From contig CAZUWF010000003.1 of assembly GCA_964624065.1 (NCBI GenBank), positions 89,471-153,470 of the forward strand: DNA of 64,000 bases. The letters run 5' to 3'. The notes beneath the pieces are model-generated. The model was not told the DNA's origin. It did not search any database and was given only the letters and a program-made list of their open reading frames with translations. Source of the stretch: an uncultured Bacteroidales bacterium. Lineage in GTDB: Bacteria > Bacteroidota > Bacteroidia > Bacteroidales > UBA7960. Position 1 is the stretch's first letter; every line of letters starts with the position of its first letter. The translations under genes were made by a program, and so were the position numbers. Below are positions 9,337 to 18,655 of this stretch, piece by piece.

Positions 9337-10491
9337 ATGTACTTTAAGGATGTAGTAGGGCACAAGGGCCTAAAAGCCAAATTAATTGCCAGTGTACTGA
9401 ACAAGCGCATTAGCCACGCACAGTTATTCCTAGGCCCTGAGGGTACTGGAAGTTTGGCATTGGTAGTGGCCTATTCGCGTTTTATTCTTTGCAAGAACCC
9501 TGGTGAAAATGAGGCTTGTGGTACGTGCAGCTCCTGTAAGAAGATGGACGGCCTTGCACACCCTGACCTTCATTTTTTCTTCCCAACCTACAAAACCAAA
9601 ACTGAAGGGGAAGCCAAGAATGAGCAGCCCACAAAGGTATTTCACAAATTATGGCGCGAAATGCTTTTGGAAACAGCATATCCAACTTTTGGCCTGTGGC
9701 TTGAAAAAATTGGAGTGCAAAACCAGCAGGCAACTTTTTATGCATCAGATTGCAACGAAATTATTAGAAGCACCTCGTTGAAGCCCTTCGAAAGCTCCCA
9801 CAATGTTGTTGTTGTGTGGTTGGTCGAAAAATTAAAAGCAAGCGATGCTTCAAGGTTGCTCAAAACCCTTGAAGAACCTCCAGGACAAACGGTTTTTCTG
9901 CTTCTGTCAGAAAACAAGGATGATATTGTAAAAACTGTCTTGTCGAGAACACAAATTTCATCAGTTCCTTTTCTCCAAGACCATGAAATTGCCGGTTTTT
10001 TGGTTAATAATTATGGAATTGTGCCTGAGAATGCAAGAAGGCTTGCCTTTCTTTCGGGTGGAAAATTTTCAGAAACCCTGCTTATGATGCAGGGCGAGTA
10101 TGACCCAATGGCGGAGTTTGTGGACTTCAGAAACTGGATGAGGCTTTGTTTTGACAAAAATAAATCAATGATTGACTTGCTTAAATGGGTAGATAATTTT
10201 GCCAAAGAAGGAAGGGAGAGGCAAAAGTCCATGCTTCAAAAGGGGCTGGCAATAGTAAGGAGGTGTGTTCTGTACAACTATCATGCCGAAAGAGCAATTC
10301 GGGTTGATAATGAAATCATAGATTTCATTATCAAGTTTTCGCCATTTGTAAATCACAACAACACTCTCGAAATTGTTGAAAAACTCAACAATGCGGTTTT
10401 CCATATTGAGAGAAACGCCAACCCCAAAATACTTTTTGCGGAATTGTCTTTTACGCTTGCCGGCTTGCTGAAAAAAAGACCGATAGCCTAA
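9337..10491 (+). CDS. holB: DNA polymerase III subunit delta prime (clamp-loader AAA+ protein)
   Basis: HAQLFLGPEGTGSLALVVAY (degenerate P-loop), Zn-module CGTCSSCKK..HPD, and SRLLKTLEEPP. Confidence 0.85.
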   Translation: MYFKDVVGHKGLKAKLIASVLNKRISHAQLFLGPEGTGSLALVVAYSRFILCKNPGENEACGTCSSCKKMDGLAHPDLHFFFPTYKTKTEGEAKNEQPTKVFHKLWREMLLETAYPTFGLWLEKIGVQNQQATFYASDCNEIIRSTSLKPFESSHNVVVVWLVEKLKASDASRLLKTLEEPPGQTVFLLLSENKDDIVKTVLSRTQISSVPFLQDHEIAGFLVNNYGIVPENARRLAFLSGGKFSETLLMMQGEYDPMAEFVDFRNWMRLCFDKNKSMIDLLKWVDNFAKEGRERQKSMLQKGLAIVRRCVLYNYHAERAIRVDNEIIDFIIKFSPFVNHNNTLEIVEKLNNAVFHIERNANPKILFAELSFTLAGLLKKRPIA

Positions 10492-10652
10492 CTTGATCTA
10501 CCCTCAACAATCCGCAACAAGGTAATTGCAATAAGATTTTTGTTAACTTTGTATGAGGTTTTCCCAAAAAAACCTTGACGGGGTATCTTTGAAACCGTTC
10601 GATTTGGGAATTATTCTCAGGGTATTTTGTCACAATATTAACCATACTGGCA

Positions 10653-11837
10653 TTGAAAGATAAAACCAACTCCAATATTTTCTCTACAAGAGGGTGCCGC
10701 GCGAGTTCGGGAGACAACCCCCGCGACATACCCTCTTGCAGCCATTCCTGCTGCAAGCTTGGATCGCACAATTGGCTCAATAAGCTACCACAATCAACTG
10801 ATGGTCGAAATTTAGAGTTTGTAGAGGTTCGGTTCAAAAATGGCCGCAAAGACATCATGAAATTGCCCGAGGGGCTAACCCTCGACGAGGGTGACGTAGT
10901 TGCAGTGGAGGGCTCACCGGGTCACGACCTAGGTATTGTGTCAATGTCGGGGCCCCTGGTATTGATTCAAATGAAGGCCAAAAAAGTAAATCCAAAATCA
11001 AACGATATTCGCAAGGTGTACCGTAAGGCGAAAATTGCCGACATTGACAGGTGGGCCTCGGCTATTAGACAGGAAGAGCACACCATGCTTCGCTCCCGCG
11101 AACTGGCGGCCAATCTTAACCTTGATATGAAGATTAGCGATGTGGAGATCCAGGGCGATAAAACCAAGGCAACCTTCTATTACACCGCCGACGAAAGGGT
11201 TGACTTCAGGGAGCTTATTCGCATTCTGGCCGAAACGTTTTCAGTAAGAGTAGAAATGCGACAGGTTGGTATGAGGCAGGAGGCGAGCAGGGTTGGAGGA
11301 ATCGGCACTTGTGGACGGGAGCTGTGTTGTTCAACCTGGCTCACCAACTTTAGATCCGTATCCACGAGTGCTGCGAGAAATCAGCAGCTCTCACTCAATC
11401 CATCAAAACTCTCGGGTCAGTGCAACAAGTTGAAATGTTGCATCAATTTTGAAAGCGAGAGCTACGCCGAGCAAATAAAATCGATTCCTGACGACATCCA
11501 AGAACTTTTTACCAAAAAGGGATCGGCATTTCTTCAAAAAACCGATGTTTTGAGGGGTTTGTTGGGCTATGCCTACAAGGACAATCCAGGCAAAATTTTT
11601 ATGATTTCTGTTGAAAGGGCAAAGGAAATCCGTGACGCCAACATACGCAGGATTCGGCCCGAAGATTTTTTGGACCAGGAGCAACCGGCCGCGCCAAGAA
11701 GCGAACATCAGGGCTCTCAAGCAGAAATCAAGAATGACCTGGAGGGCAACCTAAATCGCTTTGACAACCATAACAATAAGGGTTTGCAAAAAAACCGACG
11801 CAAAAAGAACAAGTTTAGAAACAATTCGGGCAATTAA
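10653..11837 (+). CDS. PSP1 domain protein (RicT/YaaT-like)
   Basis: PSP1 core: KATFYYTADERVDFRELIRILAETFSVRVEMRQVGMRQEASRVGGIGTCGRELCCSTWL. There is no in-frame ATG before the conserved VEVRFKNGRKD, so a TTG start at 10653 is assumed and the start is uncertain. Confidence 0.8.
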   Translation: MKDKTNSNIFSTRGCRASSGDNPRDIPSCSHSCCKLGSHNWLNKLPQSTDGRNLEFVEVRFKNGRKDIMKLPEGLTLDEGDVVAVEGSPGHDLGIVSMSGPLVLIQMKAKKVNPKSNDIRKVYRKAKIADIDRWASAIRQEEHTMLRSRELAANLNLDMKISDVEIQGDKTKATFYYTADERVDFRELIRILAETFSVRVEMRQVGMRQEASRVGGIGTCGRELCCSTWLTNFRSVSTSAARNQQLSLNPSKLSGQCNKLKCCINFESESYAEQIKSIPDDIQELFTKKGSAFLQKTDVLRGLLGYAYKDNPGKIFMISVERAKEIRDANIRRIRPEDFLDQEQPAAPRSEHQGSQAEIKNDLEGNLNRFDNHNNKGLQKNRRKKNKFRNNSGN

Positions 11838-11848
11838 TAAATCTGCCT

Positions 11849-12322
11849 ATGCCGACCAAAACCCCAAATCTCCTATTTACGGTGATTACCCTAGCTGCCG
11901 CAATGGTGGCATGCTCCGGCAATATGGTTTTTGACAGCAACCAATCTTTGCCTGCCGAGGGTTGGACACAAGACCATAGGGTGGTTTTTGGTATTGAAAT
12001 AGCCGATACGCTTGTCCTTCACGATATGTACGTGAATGTAAGGAACACTACCTCATATCCCTATAGCAATTTGTTTTTGTTCCTCGATATTACTTTTCCT
12101 GACGGAAAGGCGGTTCGCGACACATTGGAGTGCATTATTGCCGATGCCTCGGGGCAATGGACAGGCAAAGGGGGAGGCAGGATTAAGAGCAATCGGTTCC
12201 TTTTTCGAACCAATGTTTGGTTTCCCCGAATTGGAACCTATAATTTTTCGTTCCAACAGGCAATGCGAACATCCAATCTAGAAGGCATTTCTGACATTGG
12301 CATTGCCATTGAGAGAAAATAA
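11849..12322 (+). CDS. gldH: Gliding motility lipoprotein GldH
   Basis: 157 aa with lipobox ..MVACSG. Family-typical pattern: W..D..V.F...I.D......MYVNVRNTTSYPYSNLFLFL...PDG......LEC.IAD..G.W.GKG.G. It sits between the PSP1 and PBP1A genes, which I recall as a conserved arrangement. Confidence 0.75.
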   Translation: MPTKTPNLLFTVITLAAAMVACSGNMVFDSNQSLPAEGWTQDHRVVFGIEIADTLVLHDMYVNVRNTTSYPYSNLFLFLDITFPDGKAVRDTLECIIADASGQWTGKGGGRIKSNRFLFRTNVWFPRIGTYNFSFQQAMRTSNLEGISDIGIAIERK

Positions 12323-12348
12323 GTTTTTTTATACAACGTTACCCAATT

Positions 12349-14619
12349 ATGTTTTTCGGATTTGTAAAAAATACCTTTTATAGGCAATCGAAGCTGATCA
12401 GACGGTTTTGGATCGGGTTTTTTGGCTTTGTAATTTTCGTGTTTTTATTTTTCTCTAGTATGTCATTGGGTCTTTTGGGTTTTATGCCTTCGTTCGAAGA
12501 ACTTGAAAACCCTAGGAGCAATCTGGCAAGTGAAGTATATTCGTCCGACGGGGTTCTGCTTGGCACGTTTTTCATTGACAACCGGTCGCCGGTCAAGTAT
12601 GCTGAGATCTCGAAAAATATGGTGAATGCCTTGTTGGCAACAGAAGACGTAAGGTTTTACCACCATGCAGGCATTGACACCCGAAGCATTATGAGGGTTG
12701 TTCTAAGAAACATAGTGGGAGGGAAGCGAAGTGCTGGAGGCGGAAGCACAATCACCCAGCAGCTTGCCAAGAATCTTTTTCCTCGAAAGGAAAATGCTTC
12801 CATTTTTTACACGGTGTTCGTGAAGCTTAAGGAATGGGTTACGGCGGTAAAGCTCGAGCGAAACTACACCAAGGAGGAAATCATTGCAATGTACCTTAAT
12901 ACTGTTGATTTTGGAAGCCAATCCTTCGGTATTAAAATGGCCGCCAAGACTTACTTTGATAAAACTCCTGCGGACCTAACCATTGAGGAATCCGCGATGT
13001 TGGTGGGTATGCTTCAAGCCCCGTCTTGGTTTCACCCGGTGCGCAACCCTGAAAGAGCCGTGAAAAGAAGAAACGTTGTTTTGGGACAAATGTTCCGATA
13101 CGGGCGCCTTCATCCACTTGAATTTGACTCGATAAGGAGGCTGCCGTTGGATGTCAGCAAGTTTAGGGTGCAGGACCACACCTCCGGATTAGCAACATAT
13201 TTCAGGGAGTTCATTAGACTGGAACTAAACGAATGGAGCAAGGAGCACAAAAAACCTGACGGCACCCATTACAACATATACAAGGATGGTTTGAAAATAT
13301 TTACCACCATTGATTCTCGAATGCAACGCTATGCCGAAGAGGCTGTTAGAGAGCATATTGGCGGATATCTCCAGGGTGAATTTTTCAAGCACTGGAAAGG
13401 TTTTCAAAACGCTCCATTCGGGCGCGACTTGAGCAAGCAGCAAATTCAGACCAGCATTGAATCCTCAATAAGGAGGAGTGACAGGTACAGAGAAATGCTA
13501 AAGGGCGGTGCTCGGGAGGAGGCCATATTCGAGGCCTTCAATGAGCCAGTTCGAATGAAGGTTTTTTCTTGGAAGGGAGAAATTGACACGATTATGTCGC
13601 CGATGGATTCGATATGGTATTACAAGCACTTTCTCAACACCGGACTTATTTCAATCGAACCGCAAACCGGACACGTGAAGGCCTACGTAGGCGGAATTGA
13701 CTACAAGCATTTTAAATACGACCACGGAGCGGTTGCACGCAGGCAGGTGGGCTCTACCTTCAAGCCATTTGTTTATACCGTGGCAATGCGCGATGGCGAG
13801 TACGGACCACAATCTATGGCACCCAACGTACCCATTACCATCGAAAACACGGGAAGTCCGCCCTGGACACCAAAGAACAGCTCGGACTACAAAGAGGGGG
13901 AATTGGTTGCACTTAACGATGCCCTAGCCAATTCAATAAACAGGGTTACGGCTTACTTAATTAATAAGTTTCCTCCCCAAACAGTAATTAATCTTGTTAG
14001 GCGCTTGGGCATCACCTCGCCAATTGACCCGGTTCCTTCCATTGCACTTGGTTCGGCCGACATTTCGGTTAAGGAAATGACAGCGGCATTTGCGGCATAT
14101 GCCAACAAAGGTGTTTACATTGAACCCGTTTTCATCACGAGAATTGAGGACAGAAATGGGTTGCTAATTCAAACTTACGCTACAAAACAGGAAGAAGCAA
14201 TGAGCGAATCAAATGCTTTTGTAATGTTGGAGTGTATGAAGGCTGTGGTTGAAATGGGCACAGGTGGCAGAATACGTGGAAGGTACGGCCTGACCAATCC
14301 GATTGCTGGCAAAACCGGCACCACTCAAAACAACTCCGATGGCTGGTTCATGGGCATTACTCCTAACCTGGCCACAGGCGTTTGGGTGGGCGGCGAAGAC
14401 AGGGGCATTAGGTTTAGGTCAACAGCCTTGGGTCAGGGTGCAAATATGGCCTTGCCGGTTTGGGCATTGTATATGAAACGAGTTTACAATGACGAAACAA
14501 TTGGTCTTTTTAAGGGAGATTTCGAAAGACCCTCAAAATTCGAGTTTAAGCAAAATAGTTTTGAAGATGTTGGTTCCCAAAAAGAAATTACCAACGATTT
14601 TCGCGAAAACATCTTTTAG
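12349..14619 (+). CDS. mrcA: Penicillin-binding protein 1A (bifunctional glycosyltransferase/transpeptidase)
   Basis: GT51 motifs EDVRFYHHAGID and GGSTITQQLAKN. Transpeptidase motifs STFKPFVY (SxxK) and KTGTTQN (KTG). Confidence 0.92.
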   Translation: MFFGFVKNTFYRQSKLIRRFWIGFFGFVIFVFLFFSSMSLGLLGFMPSFEELENPRSNLASEVYSSDGVLLGTFFIDNRSPVKYAEISKNMVNALLATEDVRFYHHAGIDTRSIMRVVLRNIVGGKRSAGGGSTITQQLAKNLFPRKENASIFYTVFVKLKEWVTAVKLERNYTKEEIIAMYLNTVDFGSQSFGIKMAAKTYFDKTPADLTIEESAMLVGMLQAPSWFHPVRNPERAVKRRNVVLGQMFRYGRLHPLEFDSIRRLPLDVSKFRVQDHTSGLATYFREFIRLELNEWSKEHKKPDGTHYNIYKDGLKIFTTIDSRMQRYAEEAVREHIGGYLQGEFFKHWKGFQNAPFGRDLSKQQIQTSIESSIRRSDRYREMLKGGAREEAIFEAFNEPVRMKVFSWKGEIDTIMSPMDSIWYYKHFLNTGLISIEPQTGHVKAYVGGIDYKHFKYDHGAVARRQVGSTFKPFVYTVAMRDGEYGPQSMAPNVPITIENTGSPPWTPKNSSDYKEGELVALNDALANSINRVTAYLINKFPPQTVINLVRRLGITSPIDPVPSIALGSADISVKEMTAAFAAYANKGVYIEPVFITRIEDRNGLLIQTYATKQEEAMSESNAFVMLECMKAVVEMGTGGRIRGRYGLTNPIAGKTGTTQNNSDGWFMGITPNLATGVWVGGEDRGIRFRSTALGQGANMALPVWALYMKRVYNDETIGLFKGDFERPSKFEFKQNSFEDVGSQKEITNDFRENIF

Positions 14620-14632
14620 AAAAATACCCCAA

Positions 14633-17002
14633 ATGAGTAATCAAAGCAAGGAGTCAGTTTTTATATTAGGCTTGCTTGTCCTTGCCAACATATTTTCCCT
14701 TCCAAATCAAGTGTTTTCTCAGGGTCTTGCGGTGGGGCAATGGAGGCATCATTTACCCTCAAGCCAAGTTGTTGCCGTAACCGAAACCCCAGCCAAAATC
14801 ATAGGTGCAACACCATACGGATTGGTAGTATTCAACAAGGAAGACAAAAGCCTTGAAAAGATCGACAAGGTTAAGGGGCTATCAGGTTTTGGCATTACGA
14901 GCATCGCCTACTCCCAGCAGCTTGACGCTGTTGTTTTGGGGTATTCCGATGGTGCCATTGACGTTGTGAAGGACGGTCAAGTTTCCAACATTGTGGACAT
15001 TTCAATGTCGTCAATAATTGGAAGCAAGAAAATTAATAAGATTACGATTCAGGGAACCAGGGCTTTTCTGGCCTGCGACTTTGGGATTGTAAACCTTGAT
15101 TTGGAAAATAACCTAATTCGCGATTCGTACTTCATCGGGCCTTTCGGGAGTTTTGTTGAGGTTCGGGAAGTCGCCTTTTCCGCCACACATATCTTTGCTG
15201 CCACCAACGCCGGTATGATGTACGCACCAGTTCAGGATGTTAATCTGGCCGACTTCCAGGTTTGGCAAAAGGTGGTAGTTTCGGGAAACACGTCCGAAAA
15301 AGTGATGGCAGTTTCTCAATACGGCAATAATGTTTTGGCAGTTGTTAGGGTTGCCAACACTGACAGGTTGTTCTTCAGGCAAGCAGGGGGTTGGCAACCA
15401 GTGACCCTTGGGGCAAACCCGTACAACTATCCAGAGATTTACAGGATTAGGGAAAGCAAGGGCAAGCTATTGGTTTCGACTGCTTGGTTGCTCGATGTCT
15501 TGAATTTTGACGGTGCAACCCACCAATTCGTTAGGGAGGAGTACGTTCAGGTTTACCCAGGAGGAGAGGAGGTTCGTGCCTTGGATATGCTAATTGACAA
15601 TAGCCAGCAACTGTGGATTGCCGACAACAACGTTGGATTGGTTCGACGTGTCTCCTTGTCTTCTTACGAACGGATATTGTTGAATGGCCCAAGAACCAAC
15701 AGGGCCTTTGGCTTGGCGTCAGGTGGCGGCAACCTTTGGGTTGCCCCCGGAGCTATTCTTTCTGACGGCAATAACACTTGGAATAGCGATGGGGTTTTCG
15801 TTTTTGGAAACGAATCGTGGAAAAATTTTCACCGCTCTGCATTTCCTTTGATGCAACCCTTGCTCGATATTATCAGAATCGCGGTTGACCCCACAAACCC
15901 CGAAAAGGTGTATGCCGCGGCGACTTCAGAAGGATTGCTTGAATTCAAAAACCAGCAGCCTCACACCGTTTGGGGTGAATCGAACAGCCCGCTTCAAAGG
16001 ATTAATGGAATACCGGGTAAACCGCCCATCAGGTTGGGAGGATTGGCAGTGGACAATAGTGGAAACCTTTGGGTTACAAACTCCCACTCAACCAACCCTG
16101 TAGTTGTAAAGAAACCCAACGATCATTGGCTCGGTTTTGTGAGCAACGGGCTTGTAGTGCTCAACCAGATGGGTAAAATTGCCATTGACCGTAACGGGCA
16201 AAAGTGGGTTCTAATGCCCCGAAACGGCCTTTACGTAATGAAGGAAAACAATCTCAACAATGCCTCGGGATTTGCCGAGAGGAGGCTTAATACGGCACCG
16301 GGAAACGGTGGATTACCATCCAATAACGTGTTTTCGATTGCAGTTGACCACGATGGTTACGTTTGGGTGGGCACCGATCAAGGGGTTGTGGTATTCTATT
16401 CTGCCGGGCGGGTTCTTTCTACTCAACCTGTTGATGCCACCCGTTTGATTGTTCAAGAGGGGAACTTTGCCGGGTATCTCCTGGAAAATGAAACGGTGAA
16501 CACTATTGCCGTTGACGGATCGAACAAAAAGTGGTTTGGAACCACCAGGTCGGGCGCATTCCTGCAAACTTCGGATGGAAGGCGCAACATACTGCATTTT
16601 ACAAAGGAAAACAGCCCTTTGCCATCAAACAACGTTCTTGATATTGCAATTAATGGAGAAACGGGCGAGGTGTTTTTTGCCACCGACCAAGGGTTGGTGT
16701 CCTTTAGGGGGTTTGCCACCGAGGCTCCTCAGGTCCATACCGATGTGTACGCCTTCCCCAATCCCGTAAGACCAGGATATACCGGTTACATTTCGGTAAA
16801 AGGACTTGTAAGGAATTCTAGAATTAAAATTACCGACATTGCCGGAAATCTGGTTTACGAAACAATAGCCGAGGGTGGGCAGGCAATTTGGGACGGCAAG
16901 GATCTTTTCGGAAGAAGACCGGCCACAGGGGTTTATCTTGTGTTTTCTTCAAATACCGACGGCAGTCAAACCGAGGTAACAAAGATATTTTTTGTAAACT
17001 AG
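14633..17002 (+). CDS. Beta-propeller (two-component-regulator-propeller-like) protein with a T9SS C-terminal domain; PorZ-like candidate
   Basis: The ATG at 14633 gives signal peptide MSNQSKESVFILGLLVLANIFSLPNQVFSQ. Repeated N..W(V/I)(A/G)T..G propeller-blade motifs are present. The C-terminus is AFPNPVRPGYTGYISVKGL..IKITDIAGNLVYE..WDGKD..GVYLVF. The PorZ assignment itself is an inference (about 0.45). Confidence 0.7.
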   Translation: MSNQSKESVFILGLLVLANIFSLPNQVFSQGLAVGQWRHHLPSSQVVAVTETPAKIIGATPYGLVVFNKEDKSLEKIDKVKGLSGFGITSIAYSQQLDAVVLGYSDGAIDVVKDGQVSNIVDISMSSIIGSKKINKITIQGTRAFLACDFGIVNLDLENNLIRDSYFIGPFGSFVEVREVAFSATHIFAATNAGMMYAPVQDVNLADFQVWQKVVVSGNTSEKVMAVSQYGNNVLAVVRVANTDRLFFRQAGGWQPVTLGANPYNYPEIYRIRESKGKLLVSTAWLLDVLNFDGATHQFVREEYVQVYPGGEEVRALDMLIDNSQQLWIADNNVGLVRRVSLSSYERILLNGPRTNRAFGLASGGGNLWVAPGAILSDGNNTWNSDGVFVFGNESWKNFHRSAFPLMQPLLDIIRIAVDPTNPEKVYAAATSEGLLEFKNQQPHTVWGESNSPLQRINGIPGKPPIRLGGLAVDNSGNLWVTNSHSTNPVVVKKPNDHWLGFVSNGLVVLNQMGKIAIDRNGQKWVLMPRNGLYVMKENNLNNASGFAERRLNTAPGNGGLPSNNVFSIAVDHDGYVWVGTDQGVVVFYSAGRVLSTQPVDATRLIVQEGNFAGYLLENETVNTIAVDGSNKKWFGTTRSGAFLQTSDGRRNILHFTKENSPLPSNNVLDIAINGETGEVFFATDQGLVSFRGFATEAPQVHTDVYAFPNPVRPGYTGYISVKGLVRNSRIKITDIAGNLVYETIAEGGQAIWDGKDLFGRRPATGVYLVFSSNTDGSQTEVTKIFFVN

Positions 17003-17119
17003 GGTCCGAATTGCAAATTTCCAATTTTTCACAAATAAACTCAGATACGCCATAATTTGAAAGGTATTCACCAATCTTCCAAATTGCGATTCACTTATTA
17101 CAACTTTCAATCCGAAATA

Positions 17120-17845
17120 ATGCTAAGTAAATCAGAAGGTTTGGTGCTGCGCTACCTAAACTATTCCGAAACTTCGATCATTGCCATTGTACTCACTCGC
17201 GAGTCAGGTTTGCTGTCGTTTTATGTTAAGGGTGCCAAGAAATCGCGTGCCAAATTTCGTCTCGCCATATTCGAACCTCTAACCATAGTAGAATTGGTTT
17301 ACTACAAAAAGGAATCCACTAATTTGCATTTTATCAAAGAATTGACCTGCAAGGAACCTTACAAGGGCATCCCTTCAAATTTAGCCAAAACCGCAGTTTC
17401 CCTATTCTTGGCCGAAATACTTCTTGCCGCCTTAAAACAATCGGAGTCAACACCAATAATGTACGACTACATAAGGAACGCCCTATGTTTCCTTGACAAA
17501 ACCGAGGAAGGGGTGGCAAACTTTCATCTGGTGTTTTTAATGCAACTTACAAGGCACCTTGGTTTTTTCCCGCACAACAACTTTGACGCGAAAAACTGCT
17601 ACTTTTCTATCAAAGAGGGTTGTTACATTCCATGTAAGCAAGACAGTCAGCCGTGTCTTGACAAGGAGAGTAGCGAAGTCTTCTGGAAGGTTTGTATGGC
17701 CGGACTTGAAGATGCGAATCATCTTGAAATTGACCCTGCCACCAGAAAACTATTCGTTGAAAAAATTGTAGAATTCTACGGCTTCCACCTTCAAGGAATG
17801 AAAGAGATAAAATCCCACAAAGTTTTGGAGGAAGTTTTGAGATGA
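17120..17845 (+). CDS. recO: DNA repair protein RecO
   Basis: The N-terminal OB-fold-like region (SEGLVLRYLNYSETSIIAIVLTRESGLLSFYVKGAKKS) and the ~240 aa length fit RecO. The start is taken at the internal ATG, 17120. Confidence 0.8.
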   Translation: MLSKSEGLVLRYLNYSETSIIAIVLTRESGLLSFYVKGAKKSRAKFRLAIFEPLTIVELVYYKKESTNLHFIKELTCKEPYKGIPSNLAKTAVSLFLAEILLAALKQSESTPIMYDYIRNALCFLDKTEEGVANFHLVFLMQLTRHLGFFPHNNFDAKNCYFSIKEGCYIPCKQDSQPCLDKESSEVFWKVCMAGLEDANHLEIDPATRKLFVEKIVEFYGFHLQGMKEIKSHKVLEEVLR

Positions 17846-17873
17846 TTGTTAGGCTGCAGCTTCCAGCCCTTGA

Positions 17874-18470
17874 CTATATTGCCGCCGAAGTTTTACCGAA
17901 GACTCCAGAAAAAACCACATCAGAAAGGGCCTTGCGGCTTCTATCGCCTTTTTCGAGGTCGTAAAGGGGTTTCGGGAGTTTATCGGCAACGTCTTGGTAT
18001 CCCAGTGCAGAAACGCTCAACGGGTAGTAATTTTCTGGCAAGCTGAACACCTCAATGATTTTGCCCGGATCGAACCCACCCATTTGATGCATTACCAACC
18101 CATCGGTGTAGGCCTGAATTGTAAGGTATGCAACCGCCTGGCCCACGTCGTATTGCCACGAGAGGTTCGCATCCCCGCTCGCCTCACGCGCGGTGGCTCC
18201 AACTGCAACAACCAGAACAGGGGCGTTAACTGCCCACATTTGGTTGAATTCAACCAGTGAATCATAAATCTTTTGCCAAGTTTCATCGCCTTTTAATCCA
18301 ACGATGAACCTCCATGGTTGTTCGTTGTACGCACTTGGTGACCAACGGGCCGCCTCAAAAAAATGTTGGATCTTTTCTTTTTCAACTGACTTGTCCAAAA
18401 AAGACCTTGGGCTCCACCTGTTTTTAATTATTGTGTTTATTTTCAAGTTAGTTATTGCTTTCTTTTCCAT
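17874..18470 (-). CDS. Nitroreductase family protein
   Basis: RWSPRSF..EAARWSPSAYNEQPWRFIV is the signature N-terminal nitroreductase pattern. 198 aa. Confidence 0.85.
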   Translation of the reverse strand: MEKKAITNLKINTIIKNRWSPRSFLDKSVEKEKIQHFFEAARWSPSAYNEQPWRFIVGLKGDETWQKIYDSLVEFNQMWAVNAPVLVVAVGATAREASGDANLSWQYDVGQAVAYLTIQAYTDGLVMHQMGGFDPGKIIEVFSLPENYYPLSVSALGYQDVADKLPKPLYDLEKGDRSRKALSDVVFSGVFGKTSAAI

Positions 18471-18598
18471 TTTGAAATCAAAATTAGTTTATCCCTTAAA
18501 CAAGGATTGCGTTGCAATGTTCAGCCTTTAATTTGTTTCGTTACACAAAATATCTCTTTCAATTGTATTCAAATTACCTAGGCGATCAGGTATTCCTA

Positions 18599-18632
18599 CC
18601 AAAAAAAAGAAACCTGCTTGTTGGCAGGTTTC
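18599..18632 (-). terminator. Rho-independent terminator closing the sulfur/Hdr-like operon
   Basis: On the minus strand: GAAACCTGC-caacaa-GCAGGTTTC followed by T8. It lies 24 nt after the stop of the QmoC-like gene. Confidence 0.75.
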
Positions 18633-18655
18633 TGGCTGTATAACATATTAGCCAC

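Noticed and set aside
10451-10858. 135-aa minus-strand ORF overlapping the end of holB and the start of the PSP1 gene.
   Set aside because: The plus-strand frame continues seamlessly into the conserved PSP1 core. Its Cys-rich N-terminal extension resembles PSP1 N-termini as I recall them. The minus ORF has no motif.
14489-14632. N-terminal ORF extensions suggested by the ORF track. Examples are 14489 for the propeller protein, 17057 for recO, 28348 for the porin, 29431, 31462, 38107, 39075, 40168, 49495 and 52400.
   Set aside because: In each case an internal ATG yields a canonical signal peptide, lipobox or conserved N-terminus and removes overlap with the upstream gene. The longer forms were not used.
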